Source: Saprospiraceae bacterium
GTDB lineage: Bacteria > Bacteroidota > Bacteroidia > Chitinophagales > Saprospiraceae
Assembly (NCBI GenBank): GCA_019634045.1
Contig: JAHQWA010000396.1
Coordinates: 8,164 to 72,163, forward strand
DNA length: 64,000 bases
Reading direction: 5' to 3'
Each line of letters begins with the position of its first letter. The stretch's first letter is position 1. The position numbers and the translations under genes are program-made. Below, piece by piece: positions 39,295 through 49,393 of the stretch. The notes under the pieces are model-generated. The model saw nothing but the letters and a program-made list of their open reading frames with translations, was not told the DNA's origin and did not search any database.

Positions 39295-40605
39295 CTATTT
39301 GGAAACCTTCAGCTCCCGTTCGACTTGCAACAACTGAAAGGAGACTAGGAAAATCAAAAACAAGATCACTCCCGATACCACGAAAATGGATGCACCGACA
39401 TAATTGAAAAGAATACCACCGAGCACTAGACCAAAAATGCTCGCTAGACTACCGGTGCTGCTGGCATATCCTTGGATGGTGCCTTGCACCTTGGAAGTCC
39501 CAGATTTGGCAAGGATGGAGAGAAAAGAGGGCCACATAATGCCATTCCCTAAGGCCATCAACACATTGGCGAGATAAACGCTGATATCTGTCTGCAGTGT
39601 CAATAAAAAGAAATTAGCACTGATTAAGATACTACCCGTAATCACTAGGCTGGCATCGGGAACTTTGGCAGACAGATAGGAAAGTATAGGCCCCTGAGCC
39701 AGGACCATGATACCGCTATTCAAGGTGAAGAAAAGTCCCAATTGGATAGAGGTCCACTCCATGACTTGTGATGCGAAGATCGGAAAGCAAGCATAGAAAA
39801 AACTAAAGCCTAAAAAATTCAAAAAGTAAACCCCAAATAAAACCGGGATATGAGGCATCTTCAATACGGCTTTCAAGCCGGTATCTGGACAGTTTTCCAT
39901 AGCATAGCATTCCTTGTGCTCTATCTGAAACAACTTCTTTACACTAAAGGCCTTTAAATTAGATTCTACCAGCTCCGGCCTAGATTCAGGTAAGAATCGC
40001 TGTATGACAAAAATTGCTGTCAGCGAGATTAAAGCTGCCGCCAGCACAGGCAAAAGCTCCTCATAAGAAGTTGCTCCCAGAAAACCCGCCAACACAGGGC
40101 CAATAATAAACCCCAAGCTAGTAGAAGTGGCCATTTTCCCAAAATTGGCCTTGCGATTAGTATCATTGGAAATATCCGACAAATAGGCATTGGCCACAGA
40201 AACATTCCCACCTGTTAGGCCATCTAGGGCACGAGCCATAAATAACAAGACTAAAGGTAGACTCAGCGTAAAAGTACCTAGTAAATTAGATTCAACTCCT
40301 AATAGCTTCTTTACCGGTGCACTTATAGCAATAATGAACAAGACCCAAGCTAAAAAAGTCCCGATCTGGCTGATTAGCAATACGCGCCTTCGACCAATCT
40401 GATCTGACCACTTGCCCAATAAAGGCGCTCCAATCAACTGAAAAGCTGGATAGATGGCTCCCAACAGGCCATAAATAAATCCATTTCCACCAAAGTCCTC
40501 CACCAAGAAAACAAGGAATGGAAGAATAACACTATAGCCCAACATTCCGATAAAATTGACGAGAAGCACGGGGTATAAGGAGATTTTGGCAGAAGTAGTG
40601 GGCAT
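39295..40605 (-). CDS. MFS transporter (drug:H+ antiporter-like)
   Basis: The protein has about 12 TM segments. The loop motif GKWSDQIGRRRVLL matches MFS motif A. Confidence 0.85.
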   Translation of the reverse strand: MPTTSAKISLYPVLLVNFIGMLGYSVILPFLVFLVEDFGGNGFIYGLLGAIYPAFQLIGAPLLGKWSDQIGRRRVLLISQIGTFLAWVLFIIAISAPVKKLLGVESNLLGTFTLSLPLVLLFMARALDGLTGGNVSVANAYLSDISNDTNRKANFGKMATSTSLGFIIGPVLAGFLGATSYEELLPVLAAALISLTAIFVIQRFLPESRPELVESNLKAFSVKKLFQIEHKECYAMENCPDTGLKAVLKMPHIPVLFGVYFLNFLGFSFFYACFPIFASQVMEWTSIQLGLFFTLNSGIMVLAQGPILSYLSAKVPDASLVITGSILISANFFLLTLQTDISVYLANVLMALGNGIMWPSFLSILAKSGTSKVQGTIQGYASSTGSLASIFGLVLGGILFNYVGASIFVVSGVILFLIFLVSFQLLQVERELKVSK

Positions 40606-40666
40606 GGCTTTTATTTATAATTATTTGAATCTATCTTATAGATCATTCAAAACAAAATTGTAAAAC

Positions 40667-42133
40667 ATGAAGTCCTCGTTTCCCCAACAATGTGCCAACC
40701 TATTGGTTGTCATATTGCTCTTACTTAACAGTTGCGGCCCCGCTGAGCCCTCCGCTTCACAAGCTGCCGAATCAACTGCTCCTACTCCTTCCCAGACCCC
40801 GCTCGAAGCCTATATGGCTGTACCAGATGATGCTTTCACCTACGAACTCAAAGACAGCATCAAGGGAGAAGGGTATACCGCCTTTGTTATTCGAATGGTT
40901 TCCCAGCGATGGCTTACTACTGCCGAGGTAAAAGATCCTACTTGGTGGCATTGGTTAACGGTCGTAGTACCCGATGAAGTTATCACCAATAAAGGTATGC
41001 TATTTATAGGTGGTGGATCTCGCCGGTCTGACAGTCCTGATAAGGCCGACGAAATACAAATCCAAGCAGCAATCCTTTCCAAGTCTATTACGGCCAATCT
41101 CCACAATGTTCCGAACCAGCCGATGGAGTTCGTAGGGGATGATTATGGGCCAAGAGTTGAGGATGAGTTGATCGCCTATGGTTGGCGTAAGTTTCTAGAA
41201 GGGGGTGCCAAGGATGAAGATGCTATTTGGTTGGCACGTCTACCGATGACCAAGGCTGCCGTTCGCGCCATGGATGTGATCTCTGAATTCAGCCACTCTA
41301 TTGGTCATAAAGTGGATCAGTTTATGGTTGCAGGTGGATCCAAGAGAGGATGGACAACCTGGACGACCGCTGCTGTAGATGATAGGGTAGTAGCCATAGC
41401 CCCTATTGTGATCGACATGCTGAATGTTGTACCATCATTCGAACATCACTGGAGAGTATATGGGTTTTGGGCTCCTGCCGTAGGCAACTATGTAGAAGAA
41501 GGCATCATGGATTGGCAAGGATCTAAGGAGTATGATCGTCTGATCAGCATTACTGAACCTTACTCCTATCTGGATAAATTGGATATGCCAAAACTACTCT
41601 TGAATGCCACCGGTGATCAGTTTTTTATTCCCGATTCCTGGCAGTTTTATTGGAATGACCTGAAAGGTGAAAAGAATGTTCGCTACGTTCCAAACACCGA
41701 TCACTCCATGCGAGAATCTGATGTCATTGAAACGCTGATTTCATTTTATCAATCCGTTGTCTTGGAGTCACCACGTCCAGAATTTGCCTGGCGGGTTGAG
41801 AATGGCACCATACATATCGAAACTGCAGATGGACAGGCCCCTGCCAGTATCAAGTTATGGAAAGCTAATAATCCAGATGCTCGAGATTTTAGGCTCGAAA
41901 CCATCGGAAAAGCCTGGGAAGCAGAAGATATACCCATCACTGCCGAAGGGATTTATCAGCTTAAAATAGATGAACCCAAGGGCGGTTATAGCGCCTTTTT
42001 TGCAGAATTGAGCTATCCGGGAGCGGCTGGCATCCCACTGAAACTAACGACTGGAGTGGTAGTGACACCTGATACTTATCCTCACGAACCATTTGCCGCT
42101 GAGGAAGCTAAAGGCACTCCGAAATCAGACTAA
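40667..42133 (+). CDS. PhoPQ-activated pathogenicity-related (PqaA-type) family lipoprotein
   Basis: The lipobox is LLLNSC. GGSKRGWTTWTTAAVDDRVVAIAPIVIDMLN resembles the PhoPQ_related family core, an alpha/beta-hydrolase-like fold. Confidence 0.65.
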   Translation: MKSSFPQQCANLLVVILLLLNSCGPAEPSASQAAESTAPTPSQTPLEAYMAVPDDAFTYELKDSIKGEGYTAFVIRMVSQRWLTTAEVKDPTWWHWLTVVVPDEVITNKGMLFIGGGSRRSDSPDKADEIQIQAAILSKSITANLHNVPNQPMEFVGDDYGPRVEDELIAYGWRKFLEGGAKDEDAIWLARLPMTKAAVRAMDVISEFSHSIGHKVDQFMVAGGSKRGWTTWTTAAVDDRVVAIAPIVIDMLNVVPSFEHHWRVYGFWAPAVGNYVEEGIMDWQGSKEYDRLISITEPYSYLDKLDMPKLLLNATGDQFFIPDSWQFYWNDLKGEKNVRYVPNTDHSMRESDVIETLISFYQSVVLESPRPEFAWRVENGTIHIETADGQAPASIKLWKANNPDARDFRLETIGKAWEAEDIPITAEGIYQLKIDEPKGGYSAFFAELSYPGAAGIPLKLTTGVVVTPDTYPHEPFAAEEAKGTPKSD

Positions 42134-42139
42134 GGTATA

Positions 42140-42177
42140 AGCCTGTTTGGGCTGGTGAAAACCAGCCTAAACAGGCT
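42140..42177. terminator. Strong bidirectional stem-loop terminator
   Basis: agcctgtttgggctggt-gaaa-accagcctaaacaggct forms a 17-bp stem with one G.U pair, between convergent genes. Confidence 0.8.
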
Positions 42178-42190
42178 ACAGGATCGGTGA

Positions 42191-42916
42191 TCAATCGCCT
42201 GTTTCCAGAAACTTAGATAGATTGGCCTGCACTTCCTCTCGATACGTTCGGCCAATCGGCAAGGACTTTCCTTTTACTTCTACTTCAGTTGCAGAATAGG
42301 CCGATATCTTATTCTTTGCTACCAAGTAAGAACGATGGATGCGCAGAAAATTAGGCATGCCCAATACCCTTTGCAATTCACCAATTTGAAATTTGGTTAC
42401 GATAGTATTTTGTTCAGTATGTATCCTAACGTATTCCTTTAAACTCTCTACATAGATAATATCTTTCAGCAGCACTTTTACATTTCGCTTGTTCACCCGG
42501 AAGAAACGGAAAGGTTCTTCTACTTCAGTTGTTGTGATAGATGGCGTTTCAGCACCACTTGCTATTTTGACCTTATGAATAGCTTGTAGAAATCGTTCGA
42601 ACTCAATCGGTTTCAGTAAATAATCAACCACGTCGTATTCAAAAGCCTCCAAAGCATACTGGTGATAAGCAGTCGTCAGGATGACCTGTGGGGGATGAGT
42701 CAGCATTCTCAAAAAATCCAGGCCTTTCAATTTAGGCAAGTGTATATCTAGGAAAAGGAGATCTATGGATTCCTGTTTCAAGAGACTACTAGCATAAATA
42801 GCATCCTCACAGATGCCGACCAGTTCCAGGTGTAGAACCTCAGCAATATAATCAGCCAACACCTCGGCGGCCAATGGTTCATCTTCCACGATCAGGCACC
42901 TGATGCGTTCCGGCAT
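42191..42916 (-). CDS. LytTR-family response regulator
   Basis: The receiver domain (IRCLIVEDEP…DLLFLDIHLP) is joined to a C-terminal LytTR DNA-binding domain (FLRIHRSYLV). Confidence 0.9.
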   Translation of the reverse strand: MPERIRCLIVEDEPLAAEVLADYIAEVLHLELVGICEDAIYASSLLKQESIDLLFLDIHLPKLKGLDFLRMLTHPPQVILTTAYHQYALEAFEYDVVDYLLKPIEFERFLQAIHKVKIASGAETPSITTTEVEEPFRFFRVNKRNVKVLLKDIIYVESLKEYVRIHTEQNTIVTKFQIGELQRVLGMPNFLRIHRSYLVAKNKISAYSATEVEVKGKSLPIGRTYREEVQANLSKFLETGD

Positions 42917-43967
42917 AACTGTTCAGATTGATGGATAAATCTACAGTAAAAGTTTCTTTGTCACGCTGAATTTCCAATTGGTGGCCTTTGGGGTAAAGAA
43001 GCTCCAATTGTCGACTAACACTGGATAAGCCGATTCCCTCAGCAGAACCGTTTTGCTCTTCATCTTTACTATTCTCTACCTGTAACCGTAATTGTTGTTT
43101 AGCTATATGCAGCTCTATATGTACAAAGGTTTCAAAACGGGTTTCACTGGTACCGTGTTTGAAAGCATTCTCAATCAGTGGAAGTAGCAATAAAGGGGTT
43201 ATGCGTGTGGATGGCTCATCTATTTCCTTTTCGAAACGGACTGCTAGACGCTTGTTGTAACGCAACTTCTCCAACTCCAGGTAATCATCGATAACCTGAA
43301 CTTCCTGCTCTACCGTAATCCGCTCTTGATTGCACTCATACAGCATAAAGCGGAGCAACTTGGAAAGCTTCATGATCACAGGAGCTGTCTGGTCAGATTT
43401 TTTTCTAGCCAGTGCATAGAGGTTATTTAAAGTATTGAACAGAAAATGTGGGTTGGTTTGTGACCGGAGAAACCGCAATTCATTTTGCAACTTCTCTTCG
43501 GTAAGCAGTTTTTCTTTTGCCAATTGCTGAAAGCGGATCCGCAATAACTTAATGGTTAAAGCCATTCCCGTAACGGAAACAAATCGAATAGCGGTATAAA
43601 TATACCGAGGAAGCCAAACGTCGAAGGTATTTGCTGGATAAGGCAGTAAATAGATGTAAGGATATATAACGTAAGGAATTAGCAATCGATAGAGGGTAAA
43701 GACCAGCGTAAAGACTGCTAGGAACTCTAGAAGAAGCTTCCAGTAACTCCTACCCTTGAAGTACTTTGGGAGGATCACATACATACTGTAGTAAGCGAAG
43801 CCCATTTCCAATGGCAAGATGATCAATCGAGTTCCAAACCCCTTCCACAATCTTTGCCAAAAAGGTAAATCCACAAAGCTGGAATTGGATAAAAAGACTT
43901 CTACATAGCCGTTCAACAGCCAGTATAATAGCCAAAAGCCAATATGTAATAGTAGACGCTTGCCCAT
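42879..43967 (-). CDS. LytS/YehU-type sensor histidine kinase
   Basis: The N-terminal part has about 4 TM helices. The His_kinase motif LRSQTNPHFLFNTLN and a C-terminal HATPase-like region are present. The gene overlaps the regulator gene by 38 nt. Confidence 0.85.
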   Translation of the reverse strand: MGKRLLLHIGFWLLYWLLNGYVEVFLSNSSFVDLPFWQRLWKGFGTRLIILPLEMGFAYYSMYVILPKYFKGRSYWKLLLEFLAVFTLVFTLYRLLIPYVIYPYIYLLPYPANTFDVWLPRYIYTAIRFVSVTGMALTIKLLRIRFQQLAKEKLLTEEKLQNELRFLRSQTNPHFLFNTLNNLYALARKKSDQTAPVIMKLSKLLRFMLYECNQERITVEQEVQVIDDYLELEKLRYNKRLAVRFEKEIDEPSTRITPLLLLPLIENAFKHGTSETRFETFVHIELHIAKQQLRLQVENSKDEEQNGSAEGIGLSSVSRQLELLYPKGHQLEIQRDKETFTVDLSINLNSYAGTHQVPDRGR

Positions 43968-44179
43968 ATCTATCTAGGTCAGACTTCAAAGATCGCAAAA
44001 ACAACTTCATTTAAGTAGGTGGATATAGGAAGTACCAATTCGCCCGTACAAATGACAGCTTCCGCCCCACCAGTGAACCAACAACCCATTTATGGGTAAA
44101 AAGAAGGCTTTGAGACTTTGCAACAGCCCCCTCTTACATTTTTCCAAAACCCACTTGCTTTCTGTTCTATCTTACCTGC

Positions 44180-45670
44180 ATGAAAACAACTCAGTTTCTA
44201 TATAGAAATAGTCTACCACTGCTATTAACGCTCATTAGTTACACAAGCTGGGCTCAAGCCCATTTCACAAAAGTAGAACAGGGAACTGTAGTCGAAAAAC
44301 CTTCTGATAGTAGAAGCGTAAACTTCGTTGATGTGAACAATGACGGTTGGGAAGATCTTTTTATTTCCAATGGTCCAAGTAGTGGGCAGCACAATTTCTT
44401 ATATATCAACCAGGGCGATGGGACATTTACGTCACTCACGGATGACCCTATCGTACAGGATGGAGCCAAGTCGGATGGGGCCACATTTGCCGATGTAGAT
44501 AACGATGGAGATTTGGATGCTTATGTGGTCACTTGGTATGGTCAGCAAAACTATTTTTATCGCAATCAAGGCGATGGCTCCTTCCTCCTGGACAAGGACC
44601 CTGTACTTACCACCAAGGGTACCTATTCTGAGACTGCCAGCTGGGGAGATGTCAATAACGACGGCTGGCTAGATCTTTTCTTGACCAATAGTGAAGGGAA
44701 AAACAAGCAGAATCAACTATTCCTGAACCAGAATGGCAACCATTTCCAGTCTACTGAAACGCCTGCCAACCAAACCAAGACACTATCTCGATCGGTCAAT
44801 TGGATCGATATCAATAAAGATGGAAAGAGTGATTTATTTATTACTAACGAAGGGAAATCACCTAACGAGCTTTACCTGAATTCAGGTAAGGCTCCTTTTT
44901 TCCTTCCAGAACAACAAGAGATTTGGGGTGAGCTGCCAACAGGTAGCATGAGTGCCAGTTGGGGAGATGTTGACAATGACGGTGACCTGGACCTCTTCCT
45001 CGCAAATGCTGGATACTACCAAGAAATCAATAATCAGTTGTTATTGAATGATGGAAAAGGAAATTTCACCCAAAAACGGGGAAGTACCCTTAGCCAGGAT
45101 GGAGGATGTTCCTATGGTTCGGCCTTCGGTGATTTTGATAATGATGGAGATTTAGATTTGATAGTAGCCAACGGTTTCTGTAAATCTAAGCTGGAGAATT
45201 GGCTGTATCAAAATGATGGAAAAGGTAACTTTACTCGCCTACCCACTGCCCTACCGAATATGGCCAGCCACTGTTCCTTTGGCCTGGCTTGGGGCGATAT
45301 CAACAACGATGGCTTCCTGGATTTGGCCATAGCCAACTGTCAGAATGGTAAAAATCAAGCCCAACCTGTTAATGATTTATATCTCAATAATGGGAACACC
45401 AACCATTGGCTCAAAATCAAATTGGAAGGTACTGCTTCCAATCGTTCTGCCATTGGAGCAACGGTTCGTGTGCTGACAAAAGGAGGGAAATGGCAAATGC
45501 GCCACATCAATACCCAAAGTGGCTATTGTGGGCAGAACAGTTTGATTGCACATTTTGGTTTGGGATCTAGTAAGAAGGTAAGAAAAATAGAAATAATTTG
45601 GCCTAGCGGAAAAAGAACTAGCATGCGCAATCAAAAAGCGAATCAGCAGTTGGATCTAGTGGAGGAATAA
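44180..45670 (+). CDS. FG-GAP/VCBS-repeat protein with an ASPIC/UnbV C-terminal domain (CRTAC1-like)
   Basis: DxNxDGxxD Ca-binding loops recur (DVNNDGWEDLF, DVDNDGDLDAY and similar). The C-terminal part reads NHWLKIKLEGTASNRSAIGATVRV…GYCGQNS…FGLG…WPSG. Confidence 0.8.
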   Translation: MKTTQFLYRNSLPLLLTLISYTSWAQAHFTKVEQGTVVEKPSDSRSVNFVDVNNDGWEDLFISNGPSSGQHNFLYINQGDGTFTSLTDDPIVQDGAKSDGATFADVDNDGDLDAYVVTWYGQQNYFYRNQGDGSFLLDKDPVLTTKGTYSETASWGDVNNDGWLDLFLTNSEGKNKQNQLFLNQNGNHFQSTETPANQTKTLSRSVNWIDINKDGKSDLFITNEGKSPNELYLNSGKAPFFLPEQQEIWGELPTGSMSASWGDVDNDGDLDLFLANAGYYQEINNQLLLNDGKGNFTQKRGSTLSQDGGCSYGSAFGDFDNDGDLDLIVANGFCKSKLENWLYQNDGKGNFTRLPTALPNMASHCSFGLAWGDINNDGFLDLAIANCQNGKNQAQPVNDLYLNNGNTNHWLKIKLEGTASNRSAIGATVRVLTKGGKWQMRHINTQSGYCGQNSLIAHFGLGSSKKVRKIEIIWPSGKRTSMRNQKANQQLDLVEE

Positions 45671-45800
45671 GCTATACTTGTTTCGAAGATAAAAGTGAAC
45701 AAAGTTTTCAGTAGGAGGTCTTATATAAAGACACAAAAATTACATAAGAATCCAATAGTTAAACTTTGAATTTATTAGCTTTGCGGCAAAATTGATAGAC

Positions 45801-45959
45801 ATGAGTACAGAAAGCCAAGACTCAACTAGACTATACTGGATTTACACATTCATCTCTTTCCTAGCGATCGTCGCTTGTTTGATGTTTATTCCAGAATGGT
45901 GCTGGGTACCACTTCCCTTTTTCTTGACTTACCTCGTATTGGCATTTAGAAGCATCTAG
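45801..45959 (+). CDS. Candidate 52-aa small membrane protein (not in the ORF track)
   Basis: My hand translation is MSTESQDSTRLYWIYTFISFLAIVACLMFIPEWCWVPLPFFLTYLVLAFRSI*, with two hydrophobic segments. TAGCTTTG (matching TAnnTTTG) lies 18 nt upstream. I have no homology evidence. Confidence 0.3.
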   Translation: MSTESQDSTRLYWIYTFISFLAIVACLMFIPEWCWVPLPFFLTYLVLAFRSI

Positions 45960-45978
45960 TCAATAGTTGCTTTGTCCA

Positions 45979-48276
45979 TTACCCGGTAACCATTTTTTCT
46001 CCCTTCTGAATTGCTTCCTGCTGGGCTGGTTGCAGCCACCTTATCATTACAGGAATCAGTAGTAAATCGCTGATCAGGGCGCTTAATAAGGTGAGACTAA
46101 TCAACAAGCCTACCACGACACTGGGTGGGTGAATCGAAAACAACATTACCAGGAAGCCGAAGAATAGAATTATTGAAGTCAAAACAATGGCTTTGCCGGT
46201 TTCTACAAAAGTGATCTTAATCGCCTCCTCTCGTTCCAGTCCTTTATTCAAGGCTAGCTTGTACTTACTCAAGAAGTGAATGGTGTCGTCTACTGCAATG
46301 CCAAAGATAACCGCAAACACAATCGACACCCCAGCCTCTAATTCAATTCCCAGATACCCGATCAAGGCTCCCGCCAATAGAAGAGGAAATAGATTGGGTA
46401 CCAATGCAATAATCAAGATTCTCCAGTTTCGAAATAGAAACGCCATCAGTACACTAACAATCAATATCGCAATGCCTAGTCCTTGCAGAAGGCTCCTCCG
46501 AATGTACTCCGCATTCTTGTCGATAATCACCCCTGTTCCAGTCCGATTTACCTTAATCACATCACTATCAATATGTTTATCGATCCAAGCATCGATTCGT
46601 GAGCCCATAGCTTTGATCGTATCAGCTCCAACATCCTTAATTCGTGAAGTAATGCGTGCCTTTGTTCCGTCTTTACTCACCAAAACATTAGGATCAAATT
46701 TGGGCAATTGCCCACTTAGTCGGCGATACCTTTCAAACTGACGTTCATTCTCTGTTACAATGAAAGCATCCTCCCGATTATTGTTGAAGGCCTGATTGAT
46801 CGACTTGTAAAGCGTGGTAATGGAACCAATCGCTTGCAAGCTTGGGAATTGCCGCAAATAACCTTCAATCTTATCCATTTCTCGAATTACAGCATAATCA
46901 TCTACTTGATAATCACCCTGCGTATACACTGCTAATTCCATGGGCCTAAACCCAGTCAACTCTTTTTCGAAAAAATTGAAGTCTTCTGTGATCTTCTTCC
47001 CTCTAGGCAGGTTATCAATAATGCCATAATTAGTTGTTATTCTGCTAATTCCAATTCCGCATACGATCAACATCGCCAAAGCCCCCCACTTAATCGCAGT
47101 ACCTTTTGAGATCGTTAATCGATAACTGCTAAGCATGGAGTTTTCCCAGAATGCTATACTCTTCCCAATTTTCATCAATTGGTCCGCCTTGAAATACGAC
47201 AATAGAGCAGTGGTGAAAAAGATTACTGTTATATAAGCAACGAGAACCCCCGCCGCTGCATTCAATCCAAAATCTCTGATCGGATCTACCCTACTAGTCA
47301 GGAGCGTGGCAAATCCTATTGCCGTTGTAATGGACGTCAATAAGGTAGCCAGTCCAATTTCTTTTATCGTTATTTGGATAGCATCCCGTTGTGTCTTTCC
47401 TTTCCGAAGTTCATCAATGTACTTGGACATAATATGGATCACATCTGAGGTCCCGACTATGATCATCAAAACGGGATATAGAGCAGCCATTGCATTCAAT
47501 GGCCTTCCCGTAGCCCCTAGCAAGCCCATAAAGAGCAACATACCCAATCCAATAGAGGCTAAAGCAATAAGGATGCCTCTGGTTCTTCGGAAAATCCAGA
47601 ACATGATCAGACTTACGAGAACTCCTGCTACCCCTGCCGATACCATTATTTCTCGCTTTTGCATAGCCACTAATTCCGTTTGGAAGTAGGCGCGACCGAG
47701 GTAATGGTATTCATTGAAATGGTATCCCGCTATTAGCTCGTCCAATCCCTCCATCAATACTCGAGCCTGCTCCAGACCTATACTATTGACTGTCTTCAGT
47801 AATACAACCAGCGTTTTACCATCCTCCGAAATCAAGTTGTTGACAAAACGTTCATCTCTGAGGATACGGTCTCGTTCTTCCTCATAACGAGATGGATCAT
47901 CAATATGTATGGCAGGGATGGTCGTGAAACCAAATGGCGTTTTCAGCGGATATCCGATTTGGGTAAGCGCCTGGCTTTCCTGCACATGAGGCAGTTTGCG
48001 AGCGGCCAAACTAAAATCGTGGAACTGCTCCAAAAAACCTTGCTCAAAAGCTCCCTCTTCACGCCTTACTGCTACCAACAAGAAGTTGTCATCTGTTTCA
48101 AAAGAAGCAATAAACTCTCTGAAAATCTCCAGGTCCTTATCGCCCCTTGGGAAGAATTGCTCAAAGTCGAAAGTAAAGCGAAGGCGGGTCAGAAAGAAGG
48201 CGCTAGCAATAGCCAAGAGCGCAAAAACAAATATAATAACTACACGAATATCTCTCATAAATGGTCTGCTATTCAC
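45979..48276 (-). CDS. MMPL/RND-superfamily transporter (sterol-sensing-domain type)
   Basis: The protein is 765 aa, with two 6-TM bundles each preceded by a large loop. Motifs such as GTSDVIHIMSKY and GIAVDDTIHFLSKY are typical of the MMPL/RND type. Confidence 0.8.
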   Translation of the reverse strand: MNSRPFMRDIRVVIIFVFALLAIASAFFLTRLRFTFDFEQFFPRGDKDLEIFREFIASFETDDNFLLVAVRREEGAFEQGFLEQFHDFSLAARKLPHVQESQALTQIGYPLKTPFGFTTIPAIHIDDPSRYEEERDRILRDERFVNNLISEDGKTLVVLLKTVNSIGLEQARVLMEGLDELIAGYHFNEYHYLGRAYFQTELVAMQKREIMVSAGVAGVLVSLIMFWIFRRTRGILIALASIGLGMLLFMGLLGATGRPLNAMAALYPVLMIIVGTSDVIHIMSKYIDELRKGKTQRDAIQITIKEIGLATLLTSITTAIGFATLLTSRVDPIRDFGLNAAAGVLVAYITVIFFTTALLSYFKADQLMKIGKSIAFWENSMLSSYRLTISKGTAIKWGALAMLIVCGIGISRITTNYGIIDNLPRGKKITEDFNFFEKELTGFRPMELAVYTQGDYQVDDYAVIREMDKIEGYLRQFPSLQAIGSITTLYKSINQAFNNNREDAFIVTENERQFERYRRLSGQLPKFDPNVLVSKDGTKARITSRIKDVGADTIKAMGSRIDAWIDKHIDSDVIKVNRTGTGVIIDKNAEYIRRSLLQGLGIAILIVSVLMAFLFRNWRILIIALVPNLFPLLLAGALIGYLGIELEAGVSIVFAVIFGIAVDDTIHFLSKYKLALNKGLEREEAIKITFVETGKAIVLTSIILFFGFLVMLFSIHPPSVVVGLLISLTLLSALISDLLLIPVMIRWLQPAQQEAIQKGEKMVTG

Positions 48277-48351
48277 ATCATTGTAAACATAACCATTAAA
48301 GAGAGAAGAGGTTCATTCGACCACGAGTCCGCTTGTTGAATCTCAATTATA

Positions 48352-49352
48352 TCAGTACGCTTTTATCAGCTTTTGTTGGAAATGCTGGCGTTTTCCATCA
48401 CTCACGGTCAACCAATAAACTCCTGCTGGTAGGTACAATGAGGCAAGATCAATTTCGAGACTTTCATAAGGATGAAGTAAAAGGGTTGAACCATAAACCT
48501 GCTGCCCTGTGCTTGAAATCAACCTTAGGTAAAACTTTCCTTTCCTATTACGATGTGGATTTGAGTGGTAAAAGGGTTGGGGTATATCTTGATCTTAGAG
48601 TGTTCTTCCAGAATTCGTTTCTTTAATCGTCTATGCTTTTTGCCAATTGTTTTTACCAATACCAATTCTCCCATTGTTTCCACTTGCCCCTCCGTGCCTT
48701 CCTGTGACACTGCCTCAATTTTGGGTGCCCTAACCACGACTTCCTATAGTTTAACACCTTTTTGTAATACCACGATAAGGTTTCGGAGTGACTTATCGTC
48801 CAGCAGGATTTCCTGGGTGGAATATCCCATGTAAGAGACCCACATCCGCCGGTCATAATAGTGTATAGAGACTACAAACTCCCCATCCAAATCAGATACT
48901 GTCCCAGTGGACCTACCCTGTAACAAAATAGAAGCTCCAGCTAAAGGCTCTCCTTCCTCATTGACCACTTTCCCTTTTAAGTCCCAATATTCGGATTGAG
49001 CAATGACCCTTTGTTCCACTGGATCTGATTCAGTCGGCTTTTCTTGACCCGCGGCGGGAACAACCATCAGGAGGTTAGCGGCCAACAGCCCAATTTTTGC
49101 CCACTGACTAGAAGAAACTTCTGATTTTTGAAGGGAAAATTGTCGATTAAGTTGGATGGTTTTAAATCGGCCACATAGGTTCCCGCTAGTATTTGCTAGT
49201 AGATTGAGCAACTCTCGGTCCGACATATTGGTGAAATCAATAACTTCTTTTTCACAACTCTCACAATGTCTTCCTTTTTCAGCAGTAGTCATTTAATTCC
49301 ATTCTTCGTGGCAGGGTTTAGGAACTAATAGTTGAATTGATCGTACTTTCAT
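48352..49352 (-). pseudogene. Decayed tandem paralogue of the adjacent 4-Cys/CarboxypepD_reg/T9SS-CTD gene
   Basis: Codon-by-codon comparison with the 49394-50398 gene shows three lesions. An in-frame TAA (49293-49295) sits where the paralogue has Lys. An in-frame TAG (48744-48746) sits where it has Asp. A frameshift lies in the ggaaaggaaag run (about 48536-48546) inside the CTD. Confidence 0.8.
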
Positions 49353-49393
49353 ATGCGCGTTTTTAAGATTTAGGGAATCGTAGCTTTGTTTTT

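Noticed and set aside
46280-48339. Four plus-strand ORFs (153, 127, 144 and 96 aa) overlapping the MMPL/RND gene
   Set aside because: All are antisense to a well-supported 765-aa transporter gene. Their translations are low-complexity and lack motifs. The 48333-48626 ORF likewise lies antisense to the pseudogene CTD.
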